A DNA stretch of 64,000 nt, taken from positions 5,084,001 through 5,148,000 of the forward strand of contig CP075497.1 in assembly GCA_021613535.1 (NCBI GenBank), read 5' to 3'. The translations under genes were made by a program, and so were the position numbers. Source of the DNA: Adineta vaga (Eukaryota; Animalia; Rotifera). This document shows positions 52,267 to 63,594 of the stretch, one piece after another. The notes under the pieces were generated by a model, which had not been told where the DNA came from, did not search any database, and saw nothing but the letters and a program-made list of their open reading frames with translations. Each line of letters begins with the position of its first letter. Positions within the stretch are counted from its first letter, which is position 1.

Positions 52267-53928
52267 ATGCATTTTTGGTCAAAACTTCTCCTTTCTCCGA
52301 CTTCAAAAGCATCTCGTTTTATTTTTACTCGCTAGTAAGTTAATCTTTTATACGCTTCTTACAATACAACACGTTCTATTCTTATTAGTGCACATACTAT
52401 TGAAGGACCTGAACCAGCTTATCATCAGATTGTATCAGGTTATCAAACTTACAAACATGAAAATGAATCTTTTCCCTTAAAATATAATAATAAATCATTG
52501 AATGAGTTTCAACTTGCATATGAAACATGGGGTAAATTGAATGTGAAGAAAAATAATGCTGTTCTTATCTTTACTGGCCTTAGTGCGAGTTCCCATGCAA
52601 AAAGTCATGATGTATGTATTTTATTTTATTTTTTCTTGAAATCAATTCGATTCTTTAGCAAAATACTAAACCTGGTTGGTGGGAACAAATAATTGGACCA
52701 AATTTAGCTATTGATACAAATCATTTTTTTGTTATCTGTTGTAATCATCTTGGCGGTTGTTATGGATCAACGTAGGTTTTCATTCATATCAAATTAATTA
52801 AATGAATCATTGTATTTTATTAGTGGACCATCATCTATCGATCCGAAAACAAATAAAGCATATGGCACTTCATTTCCTATGCTATCTGTCGAAGATTTTG
52901 TTCGTTCTCAATTTCAATTACTCAAACATCTAGGAATTGAAAAAGTATATTATGAGAAATAATTGTAAATATTTGATTTTGTTCTGTTTTTTTTAATAAA
53001 AGCTTCATGCAAGTATTGGTTCATCTTTGGGTGGAATGTGTTCGATTCTTTCTGGTCTTCTATTTTCGAAAAATGTTGGCAGGTTAGTCAACTATTCTTC
53101 CATTGTTTTATCGTTTGTTATAAATCATTTCTCTAGAGTTGCAACTATCTCATCCTGTATTTCACCTTATCCAACAGCCATTGCTCTACGATATTTACAG
53201 CGAAAAATGATAATGACTGATCCAAATTGGTATGGAGGTCATTATTATGATAAAGGTGCGTATCCACTTGAAGGAATGCGTATTGCAAGAGAGATTGCGA
53301 CATTAACGTATCGATCTGGACCGGAATGGCTTGAACGATTTGGCTTACGTCGTTTCAATGATAATATTAATTTATCACCAACATTCGAAATCGAAAGTTA
53401 TTTACAATATCAAGGATTAACATTCGCCAAGAAATATGATCCAAATTCATTGTTATATATCTCGAAAGTTAGCAAATGACTCTATACATGAATATGCACA
53501 GTTGAAAAAATTTATCTAGGCTATGGATCTATTCAATCTAACAGAAGATTATGAGAAACCATCTGATGCATTATCACAAATTCAATGTCCTGTACTAGTC
53601 TTAGGATCTCAAACGGATATTCTCTTTCCAATTTGGCAACAAAAACAATTAGCTGAAGGATTGATCGAAGCTGGTTAGAAAAAAAGAGGACTGAAAATGA
53701 ATCGACATTCTCTAAGAATATTTCTAGGGAATGCTAGTGTCACTTTCTTTGAATTGAACAGTATATTTGGACATGACACATTTTTACTAGATGTTAATGG
53801 TGTTAGTACTGCTCTTAAAGTAAGCAAGTGAATGAAAAGTTAGATAATTATCTGATTTCTTGAATTTTTTAAAGGGTTTCTTGGAAATATCAGCTTTATC
53901 AATTGAAGAAGAAGAAATGGAAACATAA
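52267..53928 (+). CDS. MetX-family alpha/beta-hydrolase acyltransferase, Cys2-type serine O-succinyl/acetyltransferase, probably mitochondrial
   Basis: [18 protein letters not shown] (serine-type signature, not HALTG), [18 protein letters not shown]|GPSS, nucleophile [25 protein letters not shown]|[22 protein letters not shown]-rich N-terminus. Multiple short introns. Confidence 0.88.
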
Positions 53929-54109
53929 ATTATGAAAACACAAGCGTGCAATATATACAATTTGTTATAGTTTATTTATTGCTCATTCTTTTCTTTTAAT
54001 TTAATTCCAGAATAGAACCTTTTTTGTATTAAAAGTTAAGATTATGTTTTAAAAAAAATGATTTTGATGATAAACAAAACTATTTTTGGTTGATATAAAA
54101 TAAAAACAG

Positions 54110-54180
54110 TGCACTGGCCGGGAATCGGACCCGGGTCGCCCGCGTGGCAAGCGAGCATTCTACCACTGAACCACCAGTGC
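54110..54180 (-). tRNA. tRNA-Gly(GCC) copy 1 (T-loop TCCGATT)
   Basis: GCACTGGTGGTTCAGTGGTAGAATGCTCGCTTGCCACGCGGGCGACCCGGGTCCGATTCCCGGCCAGTGCA folds as a cloverleaf with anticodon GCC; T-run terminator follows. Confidence 0.92.
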
Positions 54181-54407
54181 TTGCTGTTCGTTTCTGTATA
54201 TAATATCTTGCACATTCCAGCTACTTAAATGACATATAAAAATCAGATTATCGAATGAAGATTGTGCAATCAGTTGGACTCAAATCGTGAGGAAAAAGAA
54301 AACTTGAATCGAGTCTATATATATATACAACATGGAACACAACATGTATGAGATAATGACATGCTGGATCGATTACACTCTTTTACGATAAAATGACGAA
54401 AAAAACA

Positions 54408-54478
54408 TGCACTGGCCGGGAATCGGACCCGGGTCGCCCGCGTGGCAAGCGAGCATTCTACCACTGAACCACCAGTGC
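54408..54478 (-). tRNA. tRNA-Gly(GCC) copy 2
   Basis: Identical 71-nt sequence; oligo-T terminator. Confidence 0.92.
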
Positions 54479-54920
54479 TTGCTGTTCGTTTCTTTGTATA
54501 ATATCGTGCACATTCCAGCCACTGAAGTAACTTATATAATCAGATCATCAAATGAAGATTGCGTAATACAAAACCTCTTTTCCAATTGAGCTCTAACGGG
54601 AGACCTTCCTTGGCGAAAAATATGCAATTCAACAACTGCTCTGTTGATAATGTGAGAAAGGTAACTATTATTTTGGAAATTGAATAATCACTGATTTAAT
54701 ATCAAAAAGCTAGTTGATGATTTTAGGTGGATTAAATATACTTTTAGCAAAAAAGAAATATACCACTAATCTGAGGTATCGAATGACTCAAAGGTTCTAT
54801 TTTGTCAAAAAAAGAAAAAAATCAACTGAATCTTTATACAACATGTAAGAAAGTATGCATGAGACAATCACATGCTGGATTCATTCTATTCTTTTTTTCG
54901 ATAAAATGAGGAAAAAAACA

Positions 54921-54991
54921 TGCACTGGCCGGGAATCGGACCCGGGTCGCCCGCGTGGCAAGCGAGCATTCTACCACTGAACCACCAGTGC
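54921..54991 (-). tRNA. tRNA-Gly(GCC) copy 3
   Basis: Identical 71-nt sequence; oligo-T terminator. Confidence 0.92.
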
Positions 54992-55219
54992 TTGCTGTTC
55001 GTTTCTTTGTATAATATCGTGCACATTCCAGCCACTGAAATGACATATAAAAATCAGATTATCGAATGAAGATTGCGCAATCAGCTGGGCTCAAACCGTG
55101 AGGAAAAAGAAAACTTGAATCGAGTCTATATATATACAACATGGAACACAACATGTATGAGACAATCACATGCTGGATTCATTCTATTCTTTTTTTCGAT
55201 AAAATGACGAAAAAAACAA

Positions 55220-55290
55220 TGCACTGGCCGGGAATCGGACCCGGGTCGCCCGCGTGGCAAGCGAGCATTCTACCACTGAACCACCAGTGC
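55220..55290 (-). tRNA. tRNA-Gly(GCC) copy 4
   Basis: Identical 71-nt sequence; oligo-T terminator. Confidence 0.92.
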
Positions 55291-55736
55291 TTGCTGTTCG
55301 TTTCTTTGTATAATATCGTGCACATTCCAGCCACTGAAATGACATATAAAAATCAGATCATCAAGTGAAGATTGCATAATACAAAACCTCTTTTCCTATT
55401 GAGCTCTAATGGAAGACCTTCCTTGGCGAAGAATATGCAATTCAACAATTACTCTTTTCATAATGTGAGCAAAGTAACTAATACTTTAGAAATTGGATAC
55501 GATCACTGATTTAATATCAAAAAGTTAGTTGATGATTTTAGGTGGATAAAATATACCATCAGCAAATGAAACATATCACTAATGTGACACATCGAATGAC
55601 TCATAGATTTCATCCTGAAAAAAAAGAAAACTTGAATTGAGTCTATATCTATATATAACATGTAACACAGTAGGCATGAGACGATCACATGCTGGATCGA
55701 TTACACTCTTTTACGATAAAATGACGAAAAAAACAG

Positions 55737-55807
55737 TGCACTGGCCGGGAATCGGACCCGGGTCGCCCGCGTGGCAAGCGAGCATTCTACCACTGAACCA
55801 CCAGTGC
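55737..55807 (-). tRNA. tRNA-Gly(GCC) copy 5
   Basis: Identical 71-nt sequence; oligo-T terminator; its 5' flank differs from copies 1-4. Confidence 0.92.
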
Positions 55808-56244
55808 TTGTCTTCTAATCCTTTATAAATAAATCATTTCATCATCAATCAATAGGCGAAATAGGGTTTTCGATTTTTTGTGAGGTAATGGGGAATTTAA
55901 TTCTATGGCAAATTAAGGGTGGGGGTTTGAATGAGGACGAGGGCGTAGGTAGGATTGATGTGAAAATATTCTATCCTAATCCTCAAAACCCTTCAAAGCA
56001 GATCAGTCAATAAATGAATTTATAGTTAACATGCGTGCTATTAGTGTCATTTAACTTAAGATCAGTATTAAATACTATGCATATATGCATGTGATATATA
56101 GTTTTTTTTCTTTCATCTCTCATGAAAGACCATTCGCAAACAATTGCATTACATATCCAGCAATATATTACAATTATATGAATGATGGATAAGCATGGTA
56201 CAACATTGTTCATCGAACTTTCTTTCTATTTTCATGATTGCTAA

Positions 56245-56315
56245 GCACTGATGGTTTAGTGGTAAAATGCTTGCTTCCCACGCTAGAGATCCGGGTTCGA
56301 TTCCCGGTCAGTGCG
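56245..56315 (+). tRNA. tRNA-Gly(CCC)
   Basis: GCACTGATGGTTTAGTGGTAAAATGCTTGCTTCCCACGCTAGAGATCCGGGTTCGATTCCCGGTCAGTGCG. Perfect acceptor stem, canonical TTCGA, anticodon CCC, one T-T mismatch in the anticodon stem, TTTTT terminator 2 nt downstream. Confidence 0.85.
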
Positions 56316-56501
56316 GATTTTTGAAAACATTTTTTTTTCTCTCGTTTTGAATTTTCCTATGGATAAAATTCTCCCTAATCTGAACAATTTATTATTACAT
56401 TAATAATTTAACATTCTATTGCACTGTAAAATAAAGTTTAAGAAAATGAATAATAAAAAAGTGTTGAAAAATTTCAGTCATTCACAAATGCAAAATTATT
56501 A

Positions 56502-58557
56502 CTATGAATCATATAGTCGCTGTTGTTGTTGTTGAGCATTATTTAGAGCTTGTTCGAGTTCTTTTAAATTAATCTCTAATAATTTAACTTCATCATCACG
56601 TCCAGCTATCTGAGCTTGTCTGATATATTCCGTTACTTGATATACTTGTTGAACAAGTGGATTAAGTTCCTGGGCTTGTGCTAATAAATTACGATCAACT
56701 GTTGGTCTCCATCCAGATATTTCTGGTTTGACTCGCGTAGGAGAATCAAGAGATATGATTCGTGATGCTAATTCAGCTTTTGCCATACGTTCAGATTCAT
56801 TTCGTTCTTCGACTAATCGTATTCGTTCATCGCGCGCACGTTGAATATCCTCTTCACTAGGTACACGTCGTGTTGAAATGGAATAGTTTTGTAATAGATG
56901 TATTGCATACATTCGAATGTTTCGACAAAGTGCTGCATAACGAATTTGAGATGGTGTATCATTTTCATCAATATTTGGACATGATTCACCTAATTTTGCA
57001 ATATATTTACTAAATGAAAGTATAAATAGATGAGATTTTTAGAAAGATATTTGTGAACTTACGATGTTGTATCAATCGTTTCATAGCACGATGTTAATCG
57101 ACGATATAATCTTTGACCATCAATCAATTGATGTTTTGTTTCACCAGCTCTAGAAAACCGAAAGTTCTTGTTTTTCGATTATTATCTTCAAAGTCTTACA
57201 AAAGAGATTCAATAATAGCTGAATATGTTGGATGAATTTTAGTAAGTTCATTTTGTGCTTCAAGAATTTTCTAATGAATGAAAAAGGAAAATGAATAATC
57301 GTTTCAACATTCATTGAATAATTTACTTCGTAACGAAGAAAAACTTCATCTTTATCAGTTTTCTTAAAAACGATTTGATCGTAACGTCGTTGTAATATTT
57401 GTCGACAAGCATGACAAATACGAAGATAATCTTCATTATTTCCTCCATCTTTTAAATTGAAATTCGATTCATCAACACCTGTTGTTGATACTAAACTAGT
57501 TAAACTATTCGAACGTTGAAGAGTTACACCATTTGTTGTTGATTTATTTGATAATGATGATAGATTTGGTTCAATTAAATATCCTAAAAGTATTTTTCAG
57601 ATTAATAATAATGCTAATCATATACAATATCAATGTTATTTCTCAAGAGATTCCTATCGCTTATTCAATTAATAACAATCATTAAATTGAAGGATATTCT
57701 TGCACTTGATAATCGATACTTAACATGAAGGAAAGAAAAACTTGCCATTCTATAATTATACTACACTAAACTGAGCAGAAAGTTTCAAGGTATCTTTTGC
57801 TTAAAAGCACCATATGTATGTCGTACAAGACTTTTACTTACGAGCCATGGAAAATGGAAGAAATTGTGAACATTCATTACATATAACAAACCCATCCAGA
57901 CGACAATGATGTTTTCGTCGAGATAATCCAAATGATTTAGCGCACGATGGACATAAAGATACTTTCGAATCATCTATCCAATCGACGATACGTTGTTCGT
58001 ATTCTACAAACAGAAGAAATCGATGATAAAGAAATCTTAATTTTATTTAAAATTTATACTTCGACGTTCTTTTGGATTAGAACTTTTTGGTACATTTTCA
58101 TCATTACTTGTCAATCGTTCCAATCGAAGTAGAAGACATGTTGCTTCGAGAGATATTTGATCATGTTTATTCTTTCGAAATTTTTTAAATTCTTCATTAT
58201 GTGAAGAAATATATCCATATGGTGAATGCTGTTGTTGTTTCGTAGAAGAATCAGATTGATCACATGAAAAATATTGCGCATAAATATTGGATTGTTCATT
58301 TGGAATTGTAGTAAAATTATCTTGAACACTTTTTATCTTTTGTTTAGCGAATGAAAACAAACCTAGAAGAACGGTCAAAGATCGAAAATTTCAAATATCC
58401 AAACGAAAAGTCAATAAATTCTACCTTTAACAGTTGATGAAGGTTGTTTCATATGTACATCTTGAAAATGTACATGTAACATTTCCATTGTTGACATATC
58501 CAGATGACATTGTGGACATATAAAACCTTCTCGAACATCATTTATCGACATTAGCAT
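56502..58557 (-). CDS. RBSN: Rabenosyn-5 (C2H2 + FYVE + Rab-binding helical hairpin)
   Basis: REGFICPQCHLDMSTMEMLHVHFQDVH, LLLRLERL, EQRIVDWIDD..CPSCAKSFGLSRRKHHCRLDGFVICNEC...RICHAC, C-terminal NPLVQQVYQVTEYIRQAQIAGRDDEVKLLEINLKELE. Confidence 0.9.
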
Positions 58558-58824
58558 ACTTTTCTTGCTGAATAATGGTGTCGTGTATGTTATGTTTGAA
58601 CTTATCTTTGTACTGCAACACTAGCGACATCTAATAAAAAACTAAAAACAAATAATATTTGAAAAAATATATTGTTGATGAAAGTAAATTAAGAATTATG
58701 AAAATTTAATTTTAGATTTAAAAATTCATAGAAAAATAAACAGTTTGAATAAATACTCCAATCATTTAATAGTAATTACTTACTGTTTATTTTTTCTTCT
58801 TTAATCATTTCACGTTGCTTAGTC

Positions 58825-61051
58825 ATGGAAGATCTTGGTATGTCTTTTGTTTTCATCTCATATCCAAAAAATTGACTTTGTTAATTTAGATCAACTTTTG
58901 GCTGAGTTACAAAATGTTAGTCAACGAACAAGAAATATCTATGAAAATAATGAAAGTGAAACTCGATTGGAACCTATTGTGCTTAATCGAAATCCACCAG
59001 CACATCGAACACAGACATTGAATTTAATTCGACCAGATTCAATGATTGAACCAGTTGGTTTCTCAAAAATTTAAAGAAATATTTCAGAAAAATGATGTTG
59101 TTATTTTTTTTGTATATTTCTAGGAACCAGTGGTACCACCTAAGAGTGTTAGTGAACTAGATCAACTTCTTGAAGCACTTAGTAAAGCAAAAGAAACAAT
59201 GAAACGAGAAATGCAAAGTAGGTTTTAAATGGAAAATATCCATCAAAAATGTCATGTTTTTTACAGATCAACAGACATCACGCACAGCCTCGACGCCAAC
59301 ACAATCAGTTAATGATGTTGACGAATCCTCGAAGAAAAATACAAAATCCATTGATGATTTAATCGAAAGTTTGAATGATACAACTGAAACGATAAAATCG
59401 AATTCAAGAAAGAAGTACTGAACAACAACAAAACAATCTTCTTGATATCAAATTTCTACTTGATAGATCATCAACGACAAAACATTCATCGAAAAAATCA
59501 TCAGCAACAAAAGAATTAGAAAATCTCATGGAATCATTAAGTAATTTCAAACTTTCACCACAGGTGAGTGTTTTTCTCTTCCCGATAACGGAACCATTCA
59601 TAAGAGATGTTTTTCTCTTCAATAGTCATCATCAACTCATGTTCCACCATGTTTATCACCAACATCTGAACAAATACCATCGAAAAAAATATCACCCATT
59701 CCACAACAATATCCAGCTTGTCATTCTTGTCAACAGCCAATTATAGGACAGGTAATTATTTTTGAAATTTTTTTAGAAAGATATTGATCATCTTTCGATA
59801 TAAATTTCTAGCGAAAAACAACGTATGTAATTCATTGAATGATGGTTGTTAGGGTTTCTTTCTAGCCTCGCGCTCTGCTCTAACTAATCATTCTTTTTTT
59901 CAATAAAATTTATTGAAATGATGTTGTTTTTTTCTTTTGTTTTTTGAAATAGATTATCACAGTACTCGATCGATCATATCATCCAGAACATTTACGTTGC
60001 ACAGCTTGTAATATTGAGATTGGTCGAAAAGATTTCTATGAAAAATCTGGTAAACCTTATTGTGAACTTGATTATCGACGTTTGTTTGCGCCCAAATGTG
60101 CTCGTTGCGATCAACCAATTATTGATGTAAATTAAATAATTCATTTTTTTTCTTCATCCAAATGAAATCATTTGATTTTCATAGGTAATGATAACAGCAT
60201 TGAGTCGAAATTGGCATCCAGAACATTTTCTTTGTGAACTATGTCAACGACGAGTTGGTGAAGATGGCTATCATGAAAAAGATGGCTATGCTTATTGTCG
60301 GTAGGTGAAATATTCGCTGCTATAAAACGAAAAATAATATTGATTTTCATTCAGAGATTGTTATATGAATAATTTTGTTCCAAAATGTCTTGGTTGTAAA
60401 CAGACGATTGTTGATACTTATATTCAAGCCTTAGGTGGCCATTATCATAAAAATTGTTTTGTTTGTCAAGTAAATATCAATTAGTTTCTGCTCGTAAAAG
60501 TCTGAACGACAATTCATAGCTAGACACATCATGTAATTAGAAAAAACTTCTATTCAGTAGCTGTATATCTCTTGAACAATGGAAGATTTAGATTTTTATT
60601 ACTGTACTCAAAAATTAATTTGACATCTGCTTGTATGAGAGTAAGAAATTTCAATTGCGTGAATATTTATTCAAGAATTAATGAAAGTAAATGTCATCTG
60701 ATAGTTTTGATTGATTTCATCTTAGGAATGTTCACAACCTTTTCTAACTGGTTCATTTTATGAACATGATCATCAACCTTTATGTGAATTACATTATCAT
60801 CAACGACGTGGTTCACTTTGTTCATCTTGTCAGAAACCAATTGGGTAAATTCGTTTTTAGTTTTCCTGCAATAAATAATATCTCTTTTCTTCTTTTTCTC
60901 TAGTGGTCGTTGTATAACCGCCATGGGTAGAAAATATCATGTTGAACATTTCATATGTTCTTATTGTACACGTCAATTACAAAATGGCACATTTAAAGAA
61001 TATCAAAATAAACCTTATTGTCATCCTTGTTTTATCAAATTATTTGCTTGA
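58825..61051 (+). CDS. PXN: Paxillin/leupaxin family LIM adaptor
   Basis: LD motifs MEDL|[26 protein letters not shown] and [16 protein letters not shown], then four LIM domains ending [21 protein letters not shown]. Confidence 0.9.
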
Positions 61052-61191
61052 ACAGTCTTTCAATATAGATAGTGTATCAAATCGAACAAATAAATAAATG
61101 AATAAATAATTGGAGAGAATTTATTTCGAAATGACATGTTGCTTTTGTTTTTCAGATCTAAAAGATAAAATCTTTCATTCATCATTGAAAA

Positions 61192-63147
61192 ATGCAACCA
61201 ATGATTATTATTCTTAAAGATGGTACTGATTCAGCACAAGGCAAATCACAAGTCTTATCAAATATCAGTGCTTGTCAAGCTGTTGCTGAAGCTATTCGTA
61301 CAACATTAGGTCCACGTGGTATGGATAAATTAATTGTTGATAGTCGTGGTAAAGCAACAATTTCCAATGATGGTGCAACTATCTTGAAACTATTGGAAGT
61401 TGTTCATCCAGCAGCACGTACACTTGTTGATATTGCTAAATCTCAAGATGCTGAAGTTGGTGATGGAACAACATCAGTTGTTTTATTAACAGGTGAAATT
61501 TTGAAAAATGCTCGAACATTTATTGATGATGGAATGCATCCAACAATTATCATTCGTGCTATACGAAAAGCGACAGCTTTGGCAACAAAAAAAGTCAAAG
61601 AAATTGCTGTTAATGTTAAAATCGATGATGTCAAGTAAGAAAACGAAATATTTTTTATTTAAAAATTTCGTTTGCTTTTCTATAGAGAACAACGAGTATT
61701 ATTGGAAAAATGTGCCCGAACAACATTGAGTTCGAAATTAATCGCCCGACAAAGAGATTTCTTTGCTAAAATGGTTGTTGATGCTGTTCTTATGTTAGAT
61801 GAATTACTTCCATTAAATATGTAAGTTTGAATAAGTAATCATATAGATAAAATCAGGTCTTTTTTCTTAGGATTGGAACGAAAAAAGTAACCGGTGGTTC
61901 ACTTGAGGTATAGATTCTTATAAACAAAATCAAGGAGTTTGTTTATTCTTTTCATTTGTAGGAATCACGTCTTGTCGATGGTGTTGCATTTAAGAAAACA
62001 TTTTCATATGCTGGATTTGAAATGCAACAAAAGAAATACTTAAAACCAAAAATTGCTTTACTCAATATCGAATTGGAACTTAAAGCTGAACGAGATAATG
62101 CAGAAATTCGTTTAGATAATGTTGCAGTAAATTTTACGAATTACTTTCCATACATTCTTTATGAAATTATTTCAAATTTTTATTATATAGGAATATCAAA
62201 AAATTGTCGATGCTGAATGGTCAATTCTCTATGGTAAACTTGAAAAACTTCATGCAGCTGGTGTTAATGTTGTTCTTTCTAAATTACCCATTGGTGATGT
62301 TGCAACACAGTATTTTGCTGATCGGTAAAATACGGTTGTGTATTTTCTTTTCAACTGTTACTGTTTGTTGCTGTTGTAGAGATATGTTCTGCGCTGGTCG
62401 TGTACAAGAAGATGATCTTAAACGTACACAAAAAGCTTGCGGTGGTGCAATAATAACAACAGTAGAAAACTTGAATGATCCAGCTCAACAAGTATTTGGT
62501 ACCTGTGAAATTTTAGAAGAAATGCAAATTGGTTCAGAACGTTATAACTTTTTTACCGGTTGTCCAAAAGCTAGAACAGCAACAATGATCTTACGTGGTG
62601 GTGCTGAACAATTCATTGATGAAGTTGAACGTTCATTACATGATGCCATTATGATTGTTCGACGTGCAGTCAAAAATGATTCGATTGTTGCTGGTGGTGG
62701 AGCAATTGAAATGGCTTTAAGTCGTACTTTACGAGAATACAGTCGAACAGTAGCTGGTAAAGAACAATTAATCATTGCTGCATATGCTAAAGCATTCGAG
62801 GTTATACCAAGACAATTATGTGAAAATGCAGGTTTTGATGCAACAAATATTTTAAATAAACTTCGACAAAAACATGCTGAAAGTAGGAATTACATGACTG
62901 AATTTATCTCTTTTTTCTGATTATTTGACTTCTCATAGATAATACTTGGTTCGGTGTTGATATTATGCATGAAGATGTTAGTGACAACTTTGCTGCAGCT
63001 GTTTGGGAACCAGCTGTTGTAAAAATTAATGCTATAACTGCTGCAAGTGAAGCTGCTTGTATGATTTTAAGCGTTGATGAAACAATTAAAGTACCTAAAT
63101 CAACAGGTGAACCATCGAATGCTGCTAAAGCCATGAATATGGTTTAA
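61192..63147 (+). CDS. CCT7: T-complex protein 1 subunit eta
   Basis: [112 protein letters not shown]. Confidence 0.97.
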
Positions 63148-63594
63148 ATCAAGATGAATGAATGATGGTGACTTTTGTTATTCTTGTTATAATTGTTAAA
63201 CGGTTTATTAGTCACTTCGTTTGTTTTTTGTAGGCTTCTGTGTGATGTGTGTTTTTTCCCATCTTCTTTTTTTCGAACTACAGTTAAACATGTTACACTT
63301 ATAAAGCAAACGCTTAAGCGTCTAATATCTTCTTTTTTTATTAACAAAAAATATAACCCGATCAAACAAAAAAACGATTCTATTAAATTTTTTCATAAAA
63401 TTTTTAATTTTTTTTAAGGGAATCGTTGAAATGATGTCAGAAAAGTTTTCTTCTATACATAGTCATAAGACAAATATTATCTTTTGTTATTTGAGTAAGA
63501 ATCAAAAGCAAAATAAGAACAAAGACACACATATTTATCATTTGCAAAAGCAAAGATTTTATTTTTGCAGCTTTTTTAGAATACACGAATAGTT

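Larger units (their letters stand above)
54110..55810. repeat. Tandem tRNA array with a higher-order ~812-bp dimer unit (periods 298, 513, 299, 517 bp)
   Basis: Spacers 1 and 3 are homologous, spacers 2 and 4 are homologous, and all share flank blocks such as ttgctgttcgtttct...gcacattccagc and atgctggat...gataaaatga. Confidence 0.9.

Noticed and set aside
54110-55807. Identical repeats separated by spacers, resembling a CRISPR array
   Set aside because: The repeats are 71-nt tRNA cloverleafs, the spacers are 227-446 bp and homologous to each other, there are no cas genes, and the context is eukaryotic.
54110-55807. tRNA-derived SINE family
   Set aside because: The units are tandem, the tRNAs are full length, identical and end at oligo-T terminators, and I see no target-site duplications or 3' tails.
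54407-55828. Repeated short ORFs containing HWPGIGPGSPAWQASILPLNHQC
   Set aside because: These are translations of the tRNA genes and their flanks.
55880-55960. G-rich patch between the tRNA genes as a G-quadruplex or telomeric seed
   Set aside because: Four G-tracts exist, but two loops are 16-23 nt long and there is no tandem telomere-like hexamer repeat.
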